Assembly (NCBI GenBank): GCA_951406725.2
Contig: OX597823.1
Coordinates: 56,358,001 to 56,422,000 of the forward strand
DNA: 64,000 bases
Origin: Octopus vulgaris
Taxonomy: Eukaryota
Direction of reading: 5' to 3'
This document shows positions 14,255 to 27,173 of the stretch, one piece after another; the first letter of the stretch is position 1; each line of letters opens with the position of its first letter. The notes beneath the pieces are model-generated. The model ran no database searches. It was not told where the DNA came from and saw only the letters and a program-made list of their open reading frames with translations. A program made the translations under genes and the position numbers.

Positions 14255-14568
14255 AATTGTTCTCCTTTCTATTTCATAACTCGCAATGTTCTAAACAAAC
14301 CTTTTAATCTTGTATCTTATACTTTTTTCACTCATTGGATTGCGGCCAGTACTTAATTCTAAGCCTATGGGCCACCTTTTGCCGAACCGCTGATTTACGA
14401 GGACGTAAACAAACCAATACCGGTTATCCAGTGGTGGGAACGACAAACAATGAAACAGACATAGATAGATAAATAGATAGGTAGGTACATATATACATAC
14501 ATTCTAGCATGACCACAGTCCATTGACTAAAACTAGTAAACACACACATGCACACACACGCACACACG

Positions 14569-14628
<60 letters not shown>

Positions 14629-14716
14629 TACGCATTTCGCCCGGCGTGCTAACGTTTCTGCCAGCTCGCCGCCTTAGATAATTGAAATATATATATATAT
14701 GCACATACATACATAC

Positions 14717-14751
<35 letters not shown>

Positions 14752-16736
14752 CGACAGGCTTCTTTCAGTTTCCGTCTATCAAATCTACTCTCACGGCTTT
14801 GATCGGGCCGAGGCTATAGTAGAAGATCCTTGCCCAAGGTACTACGCAATGGGATTGAACTCAGAACCTTGTGTTTAGGAAGCAAACTTCTTACCACACA
14901 ACCATTCTTCCTACTGTAAGATCCTGTTCTTCTTACAGCTCATCTGCTAAGCTTATTCTTCACAAGACTGCCATAATAAGGCGGCGAGCTGGCAGAAACG
15001 TTAGCACGCCGGGCGAAATGCGTAGCCGTAGTTCGTCTGCCTTTACGTTCTGAGTTCAAATTCCGCCGAGGCTGACTTTGCCTTTCATCCCTTTCGGGGT
15101 CGATTAAATATGTACCAGTTACGCACCGGGATTGATATAATCGATTTAATCCGTTTGTCTGTCCTTGTTTGTCCCTTCGCAGAGTTAACTTCCCAGCTGT
15201 TGCTGGAACAGGAGCAACGTGAAATAAAGGATGAAAGGCAAAGTCGACCTCGGCGGAATTTGAACTCAGAACGTAGCGGCAGACGAAATACCTATTTCTT
15301 TACTACCCACAAGGGGCTAAACACAGAGGGGACAAACAAGGAAAGACAAACGTGTTAAGTCGATTACATCGACCCCAGTGCGTAACTGGTACTTAATTTA
15401 TCGACCGCGAACGGATGAAAGGCAAAGTCGACCTCGGTGGAATTTGAACTCAGAACGTAACGGCAGACGAAATACGGCTACGCATTTCGCCCGGCGTGCT
15501 AACGTTTCTGCCAGCTCGCCGCCTTTGATAATTGAAATAATATGAAAGAGAATAGCATTAACTTAGATAATTCATGTTGGTTTGCTTCTCAACCCACATG
15601 GTTTGGGGTTCAGTCCCATAGCGTGGCACCTGAGGCGGCCGCCGTAAGCCATGTAAGTAGATTTGGTAGACGAGAATTAAAAGAAATCAGTTGAGTCGAA
15701 CAAGTGTGACAGAGTAAGTTTATCAAAGCAGTATGATCTCAAGCTCAAATTCACAGCCACCACATCTGACTGTGATTGGCGGAAAGAATATGTTGAGGTC
15801 CTTGTCCTGCAGTGGACTGAACATGGATTGTCCAATCTAATCCAATCTAATGAGTGTTTGTGTGTGTGTGGGGGTGAGTTTATCCCCAGCTACCGCTTGA
15901 CAACCGGTTTTGGTTTGTTTACCATCCCGTAACATAGCAGTTCGGCAAAATAGCCCGATAGAATAAGTACTTTACGAAAAAAAATCCTGCAGTCGATTTG
16001 TTCAACTATTAGCCTTCAAGGCGGTGTTCGAGCACGGCTGCAATCCAATGAGCGAAACAGGTAAAAAGAATGGAGCTAAAAGAAAGTTAGTGATTTATTT
16101 ATTTGATGACGTACGCAAAACTTTTCTAAGTTGAAATTTACCTCTTCGTTGGCGAATCGACCCGCCAACAAAAACTTGATAATTATTGGTCGAGACTGTC
16201 AGAGAAGAAAGAAATTTTCAAAAACAAAGATTAAGGATATATTTCACAAAAAAAAAAAAAAAATTCTGCGTGGCTGTGTGGTAAGAAGTTTGCTTCCCAA
16301 ACTCATGGTTCTGGATTTAATCCCACTGTATGGCACCTTGGGCAAGTATTTTCTACTATAACCGGAGCCTAACCAAAGCTCTTGTGAGTGGATTTGATAG
16401 ACGAAAACTGAAAGAAGCCTGTCGTATACATATATATATATATGCCCTTACCTGCCCTTACCTTCGAAACACGCATTGAGTCGAAACAGGGGCAGCTGAT
16501 GAAGGGGAATATTCCTTGTATTGTTTGTCTTGTACTCTGTTTTTTCGTTGTTAAAAAAGTCCGTTTCCTTGTTTGATTTTATGTTTTCGTTTCTCGTTGT
16601 GTTCTACGTTTATTTGTGGTGTCCTGTACTCATATATGCATGCATATATACATATAGATGTAGGTATGTACATGTATGTATGTATATATGCATATGTTTT
16701 ATTTATTAAATTGTTATTTTATATGTATATATATAC

Positions 16737-16775
<39 letters not shown>

Positions 16776-17409
16776 CCCACCCCCCACGCTTGAAAACCGG
16801 TGCTGACGTAACTGCAGTTCGGTAAAGGAGATACAATAAGAACCGGACATTATAAAACAAATAAACAAAAATGTGTACTGGGCTGAATTTGTTTCAACTA
16901 AACTCTTCAATGTGGTGTACACAGCATGACCACAGTCCAGTGGCTGAAATAAGAAAAAGACAAACGATCAGGATAAATCCCAATATGGTTAATTTTAATT
17001 CATAGAGATTTATTTTATTTTTATTTATTTATTTTATTTTTTTTTATTTATTTATTTATTTATTTATTTTGTACGTCATTCAAAACATCCGTCATCACTT
17101 ATCCGCAATTAAAGCGCATGCTATTGGTCTGCTTAGGCTATCTTACTCAAGTTACATGTGCACGAGCATTGTCTCTCAGTGTGCTTACGTGTGCTTCTGA
17201 CTGTGGGTGGGGCTGTGTGTATATATGCGGTGGTGGTGGTGGTGGTGGTGGTGATGGTGGGGGCTTTGTGTACGAGTGTGTGTGTATGTACGTGTGTAGA
17301 TCTGTGTGTGTGTGTGTACCTCTATGTGTCTATACCAGTATGTATGTGTTTCTGTGTGTCTGTGTGTGGGCGTCTCTGTGTCTGAGTCTGTATCTGTGTG
17401 CGTGTAGGC

Positions 17410-17456
<47 letters not shown>

Positions 17457-17957
17457 TGAGTCTGTGTGTGTAGGCATATATATATATATGTGTGTGTGCG
17501 TGTGTGTGTGTGTATGCCTGTGTGTTTGTGTGTGTATGAAACAAAATCAAAAGCAACATGAGAAAAGAATTTTAAAAAATGAATACAGGATTTAAAAATA
17601 CACAAAACTGAAAGAAAAAAATAACGAAGGAGACTAAATATGTAAAGATATTGTAGAGTAATAATAATCCTTTCTACTGAAGGTACAAGGCCTGGAATTT
17701 TGGAGGAAGGGACCAGTCGATTATATCGATACCAGTGCTTCACTGGTACTTAATTTATCGATTCCGAAAGGATGAAAGGCAAAGTCGACTTTTGTGGGAT
17801 TTGAACACAGAATGTAAAAAAACTGACGAAATGCCAAGAAGCTTTTGTGCCCGACGTGCTAACAATTGTGCCAGCTCGCCTCAGTGGTAATAATGATAAT
17901 AATTATAATAGCGGTTTTAAATTTTGGCACCAAGCCAGAAATTTAGGGAGAGGGTGC

Positions 17958-18594
17958 GGAAAGACTTGCCCCCCCCCCTCCGCAGTTTTCTCCCACATTT
18001 GTTTACTTTTGTAATTTCTTTTTTTTTTTTTTCAAAAAATCACCGTTTTCGGATACGGAGGTTCCGGAAAATTGCCAAAAATCGGCATTGTGAAATTTTT
18101 CTGCCCCCTTCGCCCCCAACTTTTTTAATTTTGACTTTTTTTTTCCCAACACTAACCCTAAAACCTTAACCCTAACCCCAAAACCCTAACCTTAAAATCC
18201 TAACCCTAAAACCCTAACCCTAAAACCCTAACCCTAACCCTAAAACCGTAACCGTAAGTACAGAAATGTTTTGAAATTTTTGTCCGAATCATGTCTGTAT
18301 TTTTCCACATATTTAGAAAAAAAAAATTAATTTTTTTAAATTTACAAAGATTTTTGGAATTTTTTTCTTTTTCAGAATTATAATCCCCGTATTTTTCCAC
18401 ATATTTTGAAAAAAATAAATGGTGAAAAAAGTCTAAAATGAAGGAAATGGGGTGGGAATGGTAATTTAGAAATGTCGATTTTTGCCAATCTTTTTGCAGA
18501 TTCGTATTCCCCGTAGCCGAAAAGGGGTGGTTTGTGTCGAAAAAAAAATTTTTTTAAGGGTGGTTCTTTTGCGGGGAAGGACGGAAGTCTTGCC
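17958..18594. mobile_element. Merlin-like MITE containing a telomere-like tract
   Basis: Short TIRs GGAAAGACTT / AAGTCTTGCC, perfect 8-bp TSD GAGGGTGC (17950-17957 and 18595-18602), degenerate (TAACCC)n at about 18152-18256. Confidence 0.75.
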
Positions 18595-19072
18595 GAGGGT
18601 GCTAGTCGATTACATCAACCCAGTGTTCAACTGGTACTTAATTTATCGATATCCGAAAGGATGAAAGGCAAACTCGACCTCTGCGGAATTTGAACTCAGA
18701 ACATTAAGACTGACGAAATACCGCTAAGCGTTTTGGCCGATGTGCCAACAATTCTGTTGGAGACTAGTCGATTACATCGACCCAAGTGTTTCACAGTTAC
18801 TTATTTAATCGACCCCGAAAGGATGAAAGACAAAGTCGACCTCGGCGGAATTTCAACTCAGAACGTAGCGGCGGACGAAATATCGCTAAGCATTTCGCTA
18901 ATAATAATAATCTTTCTGGGCGTGGCTGTGTGGTCAGAAGGTTGCTTCCCAACCACATAGTTCCAGGTTCAATCCCACTGCGTGACATCTTGGGCAAGTA
19001 TCTTCTATAACCTCGGGCCGACCAAAGCTTTGTAAATGGATTTGGTAAACGGAAACTGAAAGAAACCTGCGG

Positions 19073-19219
<147 letters not shown>

Positions 19220-20439
19220 TAAATAGACATATATTCGCGTGTGTGTGTATTTGTGTGTGTTTGTCCCCTCATCAACCGCTTGCCAACCGGTGTTGGTGTA
19301 TTTGTGTCCCTGTTGATTTAGCGGTTCGGCAATAAGAGGTCAACGGAATAAGTACTCGGCTTTAAAAAACAAGTTTTGGGCCGATTTGTTCGACTAAAAC
19401 CTTCCAAGACAGTGCTCCAGCATGGGCGCAATCAAATGACTGAAACAAATAAAAGATAGATAAAGATAAAGGTACATGGCCTGAAATTCGGGGGTTTAGG
19501 AGAGGGGCTAGTCGATTTTTCACCGATCTAGGGAAGATAAAAGGCAAAGTCGACCTCGGCGGAATTTGAACTCAGAACGTAAAGACGGACAAAAATGCTT
19601 TGCGCCAATTCGTCTAAAGAGTCAGCAAGCTCGGCGTATTCGTATACTCTTTTACTTGTTTCAATCATGTGACTGTGGCCATGCTGGAGCACCGCCTTTA
19701 GTCGAGCAAATCGACCACAAGGACTTATTCTTTGTAAGCCTATTACTTATTCTATCGGTGTCTTTTGGCGAACCGCTAAGTTACGGAGACGTGAACACAC
19801 TAGCATCGGTTGTCAACAATACAAACATATACACACATACATATATACATATATTCATATATACGACGGGCTTCTCTCAGTTTCCGTCTACCAAATCCAC
19901 TCACAAGGAAGGCTTTGGCGGGGCCGAGTCTATAGTAGAAGATACTTGCCCAAGGTGCCACGCAGTGGAACTGAACCCGGAACCGCGTGGTTCGTAAGCA
20001 AGCTACTTACCACACAGCCGCTCCTACGTGTATAATAATAATAAAAATCCTTTTTCTGTTACAGGCACAACACCTGAAATTTTGTGGAGGGGGGCTAGTC
20101 GCTTACATCAATCACAGTACCTGATGACTGGTACCTATTTTATAGATTCCCGGAAAGGAAAAAAGGCAATGTTTACTCTCAATAATAACTAGTTCTGGTT
20201 ACTCTTACTCTCTTTTACTCTTTTACTGGTTTCAGTCATTTGACTGCGGCCATGCTGGAGCACGGCCTTTAGTCGAGCAAATCGACCCCGGGACTTATTC
20301 TTTGTAAGCCCAGTACTTATTCTTTGTAAGCCCAGTACTTATTCTATCGGGCTCTTTTGCCGAACCGCTAAGTGACGGGGACGTAAACACATCAGCATCG
20401 GTTGTCAAGCAATGCTAGGGGGACAAACACAGACAGGCC

Positions 20440-20471
<32 letters not shown>

Positions 20472-20583
20472 TACGACAGGCTTCTTTCAGTTTCCGTCTA
20501 CCAAATCCACTCACAAGGCATTGGTCGGCCCGGGGCTATAGCAGAAGACACTTGCCCAAGATGCCACGCAGTGGGACAAGCTA

Positions 20584-20905
20584 AAGACTCCGCCGGTTAC
20601 GACGACGAGGGTCCCAGCTGATACGATCAACGGAACAGCTTGCTCGTGAAATTAACGTGCAAATGGCTGAGCATTCCACAGACACGTGTACCCTTAACGT
20701 AGTTCTCGGGGATAATCAGCGTGACACAGAGTGACAAGGCTGACACTTTGAAATACAAGTACAACTCATTTTTGCCAGCTGAGTGGACTGGAGCAACGTG
20801 AAATAAAGTGTCTTGCTCAAGGACACAACGCGTCGCCGGGAATCGAACTCACAACCTTACGATCATGAGCCGAATGCCCTAACCACTAAGCCACGCGCCC
20901 TCACT
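20584..20905 (-). mobile_element. SINE family C (tRNA head plus CORE-like domain) nested in a family A SINE
   Basis: GGCGCGTGGCTTAGTGGTTAGG..GTTCGATTCCC..TGTGTCCTTGAGCAAGACACTT with a 14-bp TSD AGTGGGACAAGCTA. Relatives at about 435-740, 7831-8070, 29538-29780, 36622-36869 and 43769-44070. Confidence 0.88.
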
Positions 20906-21393
20906 AGTGGGACAAGCTACTTACCACACAGCCACTCCTGCGCCTAGTTTTTTTTTTTTTTTCAATATTAAATTCAACGACAGATGTTATTTGATTGGCA
21001 GGTTCACCATAACGATGACGACATCACTGTCTCTCTTACTTTTGTCTGACTGCTGCTTTTATCAGCTCTTCTCCGTCACTCAAGCTATTTCCGTTAAGTC
21101 TACTCATATATATTTCTCTCTAACCTCACTGTCTCTTTGTTGTTGTTGTTGTTATTTTTGCCTTCTAACTAAACGGCTTCTCTCATATTTTATCCTCCGA
21201 CCCCTCCTCCCCCTCTCTCTTACTCTCTCCCTCCCACTTTCTCTTTCTCTTAATCTACCGTTTCTGATCATTTATGTGTTTTTTTAGCTTGTCTCTTTGC
21301 GCTTCTATTATCTTTCTCTGTGTGTAAATCCGACTTCCGATTGTTGCTATCTTTCACTCTATCTTTTGCTCTCCTTCCCGTACCCTTCTATAA

Positions 21394-21446
<53 letters not shown>

Positions 21447-21461
21447 GTCTGTCTGTCTGTA

Positions 21462-21542
<81 letters not shown>

Positions 21543-21747
21543 GTCTATCTATCTACTTTGAAAAAAAATTTTTTTTCTTTCTGTGATACACGATCCCTTC
21601 TGATCGCTTTTTTTCCCGATCCCTTTTGATCGAAATTTTACGTTTGTTTCCTTTTTTTTCTTTTTCCTTTTCCATCTTCGAAAAGAAAAGCTCTACATTT
21701 GTAATTGTGCCCTCTGCGTCCAGCCCTGTGTGGCCAATAAAGAAAGT

Positions 21748-21825
<78 letters not shown>

Positions 21826-22400
21826 GTCTATCTATGTGTCTGTCTGACTGTCGGTTGTCTGTACGTATGTATGCATGAATATATGTGTGTGTGTACTCTT
21901 ACTCTTTTACTTGTTTCAGTAATTTGACTGCGGCCATGCTGGAGCACCGCCTTTAGTCGAGCAAATCGACCCCAGGACTTATTCATTGTAAGCCTAGTAC
22001 TTATTCTCTCGGGCTCCTTTTACCTAACCGCAAAGTTACAGGGACGTAAACACATCAGCATCGGTTGTCAAGCGATGTTGGGGGGACAAACACAGACACG
22101 CAAACATATACACACACATACATATATATATATACATATATACGACGGGCTTCTTTCAGTTTCCGTCTACCAAATCCACTCACAAGGCTTTGGTCGGCCC
22201 GAGGCTATAGTAGAAGGCACTTGTCCCAAGGTGCCACGCAGTGGGACTGAAACCGGAACCATGTGGTTCGTAAGCAAGCAACTTACCACACAGCCACTCC
22301 TACGCCTGTGTGTGTATTATTCTTAAACAAGAATATTATTGACAATCACTTCGAAGTTTCGGCCCGTTCGTTAGGCCATCGTCGGGTTGTTAAGCCATCG

Positions 22401-22443
22401 CAGTCTGACGATGGCTTAGCTGGCTGAAACTTCGAAGTCACCG
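22401..22443 (+). ncRNA. Type-I hammerhead ribozyme, canonical core
   Basis: CAGU-CUGACGA-U-GGCU[uagcu]GGCU-GAAAC-UUCGAA-GUC-ACCG. Stem III region is palindromic (ACUUCGAAGU); GUC at 22437-22439. Confidence 0.72.
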
Positions 22444-22500
22444 TCAACCATATTCTTGTTTAAGAACAATGTTTTATTTGTACTCTAGAAAAGTGTAGAG

Positions 22501-22665
22501 CAGTAGCGCTCGACCTGTGGTCCGCGGACCCCTGGTGGTCAGCAAAGGTAGTATTGAGGGTCCGTGAACATGTTAAACTGACAGACCTTTCAATATCCTG
22601 GGGTCTGTGGGAAAACTCATTTAAATAAAAAGGGTCTTTGGTAGCGAAAAAGTTGGGAACCACTG
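22501..22665. mobile_element. hAT (Charlie-like) MITE
   Basis: CAGT..CACTG ends with a perfect 8-bp TSD GTGTAGAG. An empty-site paralog (GTATAGAG) is at 53487-53494. Confidence 0.88.
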
Positions 22666-22778
22666 GTGTAGAGTAACCCATAAGAATAATGTAAAATTGA
22701 AGCTGAACATGTGTGTATGTGTGTGTGTGTGTGCGTGTGTGTGTATGTACGTATGTGCATACACACATGCACGCACAC

Positions 22779-22809
<31 letters not shown>

Positions 22810-23573
22810 TGTATGTATGTATGTATGTGTGAATAGTACAAAATAGGGATTCAGAGAATCACAGTAAGCTCCTCATTCGGAATCGGCTATCAGTCCACGT
22901 GATAATCAATTATAATGTATTGTAATACATAATACTTTATATCCGTCTGTGTAACTGCAAATCCTGAAAATCTTGAGTAATACATTTTTCAGTAAGAAGA
23001 AAATATAGCATAAGGTCAAGAATTGTGAGAGGTAAAGATTGATTTATTTACTCATTTGACTTCCTTATATTCACCTCTCACACCTCCTGAATATATGTAC
23101 CCCCTCACTGAAAAATTTATCGTTCAGATTTTCCGGCACACGGACACATTTCAATACGTTTTATGTAGATATACATACCTTACATACATTACAAATATAC
23201 ATACATACATACATGCATACATACAAATGAATTCTCCCTATATATAGAGTTCATTCAATCTCAACCATTTTCCAGGTTTATTGTTTGTTGGTTTATTTTC
23301 TTTGTTTTTTTTTTTTTTTTGGTTTTTGGTGGTGGGGCGGTTCCTTCTGGGAAACCCATCCTACTGTAAAATATGGTTTTCAAACTTTGCCTTTAAATTT
23401 TGCATTTGTATGCACGTAATGTCATTTAAAAATTCCATTTTATGTAAACAAAATTCTTAATCTAGATTTTTGAATCTGATAAAAATTTCCTTCCAACTTA
23501 ATGTTTCATATACATAGATAGATAATCAGACGTAAATACATACATACATACATACATACACACACACATATAT

Positions 23574-23645
<72 letters not shown>

Positions 23646-24011
23646 TGCGTGTGTGTGTGTGTACATATAAGTATGTGTATGCTATCTTTTATATCATTTT
23701 CATCTGATGATATTTATTTAATTTCTTTAAAGTTGCAAGTCTCATTAAAAATGCTTCTTTTAAAATCTGATCTGTTTATTAATTGACTTATGTGCACGTT
23801 TTTTTATTTATTTATTTATTTATTTATTTCTTAAGGGAGTTGACTTGCAGAATCGTAAGGGTATTTGGCGAAAATAACTTTCAGTATTTAGCTATTACAC
23901 TTAATATACATTTTGATTTCATATCCCGATGTAGTCGACTTTGCTTTTTATTCTTCTGGGGTTATTTGAGAGTGAGTTCTACCTAGTTATTTATACTTTA
24001 GTGTGCAATAT

Positions 24012-24456
24012 AAACCTAACCATAACTCCTTAACCTTAACTCTAAACCCTAAACATAACCCTAACTCTTACCCTACACCCTAACCTAAACCCTAAACCCT
24101 GACTCTAAACCTTAAACCTTAAATCTAAACCCTAATCCTAGCTCTAAACCCTAACCCTAACCTTAACTCTTACCCTACACCCTAACCTTAACCCTAAACC
24201 CTGACTCTAAACCTTAAACCTTAAATCTAAACCCTAATCCTAGCTCTAAACCCTAACCCTAACCTTAACTCTTACCCTACACCCTAACCTTAACCCTAAA
24301 CTCTGACTCTAAACCTTAAACCATAAATCTAAACCCTAATCCTAGCTCTAAACCCTAACCCTAGCCCTAAATCCTAATCCTAAACTCTAACACGAAACCC
24401 TAATTCTAACACATAACCCTAATTCTGATCCTAAACCGTAACCCTTATCCTAACCC
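24012..24456 (+). repeat. Degenerate interstitial telomere-like (TAACCC/TAAACCC)n array with 102-bp higher-order period
   Basis: AACTCTTACCCTACACCC recurs at 24063, 24165 and 24267. Confidence 0.9.
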
Positions 24457-24577
24457 AGGTCAGATCATTTCGCAGTGTAGTCTACGGATACTGCAGTAGA
24501 TCGTACAATAAAGTAGCATCCATTCTTCTCCGGCTGATTTAAATCAATTCAAGTCGAATATTGGGAGTTTTTGATAT

Positions 24578-25266
24578 AGTTAGTTAGTTAGTTAGTTAAT
24601 TTGGCTCAAAAGCAAATAGCAAGGCCATGTAGGGGGACATGGAGTTAAGTACAGGGTGGTGTTCATGTAAAGAGTTCAGGCCACTTGAGGTCCAGGGACG
24701 CTTTGAACAAAGCGGTCGTCGGCATCTTCACCATCTCGTCTGGCAGCTTGTTCCACGGATCCGCAACCCGGACGGAGAAAGCTCCTCTCCTTCGATTAAG
24801 ATTAAATCGTCGCAGGTAGAGCTTTTCGGAATGACCCCGCAGCCGACGCTCTGGAGCAGGAGTGAAGAACAGCTCTTTCGAGAGGTTACACTTTCCGCTT
24901 ATGATGTTGTGGGCGAGAATGAGATCACCACGGCGGCGGCGTTTTTCAAGAGAATAAAGGTCGAGCGTCCTCAGCCTTTCTTCGTAGGACAAATTTTTGA
25001 GACCATGAACCATGCGGGTAGCCAGCTTCTGGACTCTTTTGAGATGCTGTATGTCTTTGAGGAGATAAGGAGAAGAGGCTTGAATCCCATACTCCAATAT
25101 GGGTCTCACCAGCGTGACATAGAGTGGTAGGAATATGGCTGCCGTGAGCATTCCGAATGACCGTCGAATCAAGAACAGAATTCCGCGTGCTTTGTTGGCA
25201 GCATGGACGCACTGGGCCGAAGGCGAAAAGGAGGAATCCACCAAGATACCCAGGTCCTTTACCTGA
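24578..25266 (-). mobile_element. CR1/L2-type LINE ORF2 3' end, 5'-truncated
   Basis: ORF 24663-25244 (LYVTLVRPILEYG..LKRVQKLATRMV..RRRRGDLI..WNKLP) followed by a (TAAC)n tail. Confidence 0.9.
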
Positions 25267-25888
25267 ACATAGGAACAACATCAATTTTCCGGAACATTAA
25301 GAATCTAAACCCTCCGGATTATTGCTTTTTTCCAACCAGGGGTGAACACACACTGAATTAAACAAATATTAAATTTACTTGAATAATTAAATGAAATACG
25401 GGTACCTGTGTATTAATGTAAATTATTCAAGTTTATTAATACTGTCTTGCACAAGGTGCTAGTTTATGAAAGCTATCAGTAAACTAGTCCGGCAGCCACA
25501 GGAATTCGCAATTCCGATATGTAAATTATGAGACGTTCCGGACGATCTATATCCGGAAAGTCGGTACCACACTTGCATTAACGATTGCACATTGGTTGAC
25601 CCAGTGACACTCGTCCAAGATGCTGCATTGCATTGTGGGACTGAACCCGAAATCACGTGGTTACAAAGCGAACTTCTTAACCACACAGACATGCCTGTGC
25701 TTTACTCTTTTACTTGTTTCAGTCATTTGACTGCGGCCATGCTGGTGCACCGCCTTTAGTCGAGCATATCTACCCCAGGACTTATTCTTTGTGAGCCTAG
25801 TACTTATTCTATCGGACTCTTTTGCCGAACCGCTAAGTTGTCAAGCGAGATGGGGGGGGGGGGGGCACAGACACACCAACACCCACAT

Positions 25889-25921
<33 letters not shown>

Positions 25922-26813
25922 CGACGGGATTCTTTCAGTTTCCGTCTACCAAATCCACTCACAAGGCTTTGGTCGGACCAAGGTTATAGTAGAAGACACT
26001 TGCCCAAGGTGCCACGCAGTGGGACTGAACCCGGAGTGCTTCTGTAATTTTTATTTTTATTTTTTTACAGAAATTATTGAAGAAAGCGAGGACTTATGCA
26101 AGGGAATTATATTGGACCGTAATGCATCCTCGGTCATCTTTGTGGTCACTCATAGCACACTACCCTGTAGTTCCTATGATTATTTCCAACGTGTTTAAGA
26201 TATAAATATTATAGCTAACATGCAGTTTACGGCTGTAAAAAAAATGAAGGCAAAGAGTCTTAAAGAAGTTAAATTAAATTTCGATAGAAAACAGAAGTGA
26301 TGAAAGTGATAGCCCAAAATTTCATTAAAAGAACATAAAAAAAACTCCCTCGTTTATGTCCATAAGCACCTCTACATGTGCAGTGCCTTCTAGTGATATG
26401 TTAAGTCTTTTCAGAATCAGCAGCAGAGGTACAACGATCCAATGTACGATACCCGGCAATGAGCACCACTGAAAAATGTTACTGTTTTTCATCTTATAAA
26501 AATAAACGTACGGTTTTCAGGTTATTTGAAATATACGTTGCATATATAATGTCACATACATTGATTAGATGAAATTATGGGATGTCACTGTCGTCACTTC
26601 CGGTTTTTATCGCAATTTGCAGGACAATATATTTCCATGTTTTATTTACGACCGTAAATTGCGTGTTATCCAGTGTTTTATATTTAAGACAAATTATGAC
26701 CCCTTTAAATACGTAGCATCCCATGACATAGGCCACCCCTCTTACCTGTATGTGCACGATGCCCCCGGTAGAGTTATTAGAGTATCAGGTAGAATACTTT
26801 TGGTTAATATGTA

Positions 26814-27173
26814 CAGGGTGGTCCGAAAGTCTTGTCACCATTTGTAAATACTATTTTATTTTCTTGTTATCAATGAGAGAGAGAGTTTCACAAGAGTGAT
26901 ACCAGAATACCTAACAGTTGAAGGAAGCTATTTCGACAGCCTTTGCAACAATCACCAAAGTACAGCTTCGTAAAATATCACAAGGTATAGTGCGTCGCAT
27001 CATTTTGTGCCACGAAAATGGTGTTCATACAGACCTTCTCGATGTGTGACAGTGTCAGTGTCAACGAAAGTGAATATACAAAAATCAGTACATGTGTTTG
27101 ATATTATTATATTGTTCCTCTGTTGTTCTTATTACTTTTCGGTAGTAGATAGCAAGACTTTAGGACCACCCCA
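26814..27173. mobile_element. Tc1/mariner-type MITE
   Basis: TIR CAGGGTGGTCC.AAAGTCTTG with TA flanks. An empty-site paralog (TTAATATATG-TA-GTTTAATCGCC) is at about 27690-27712. Confidence 0.75.
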
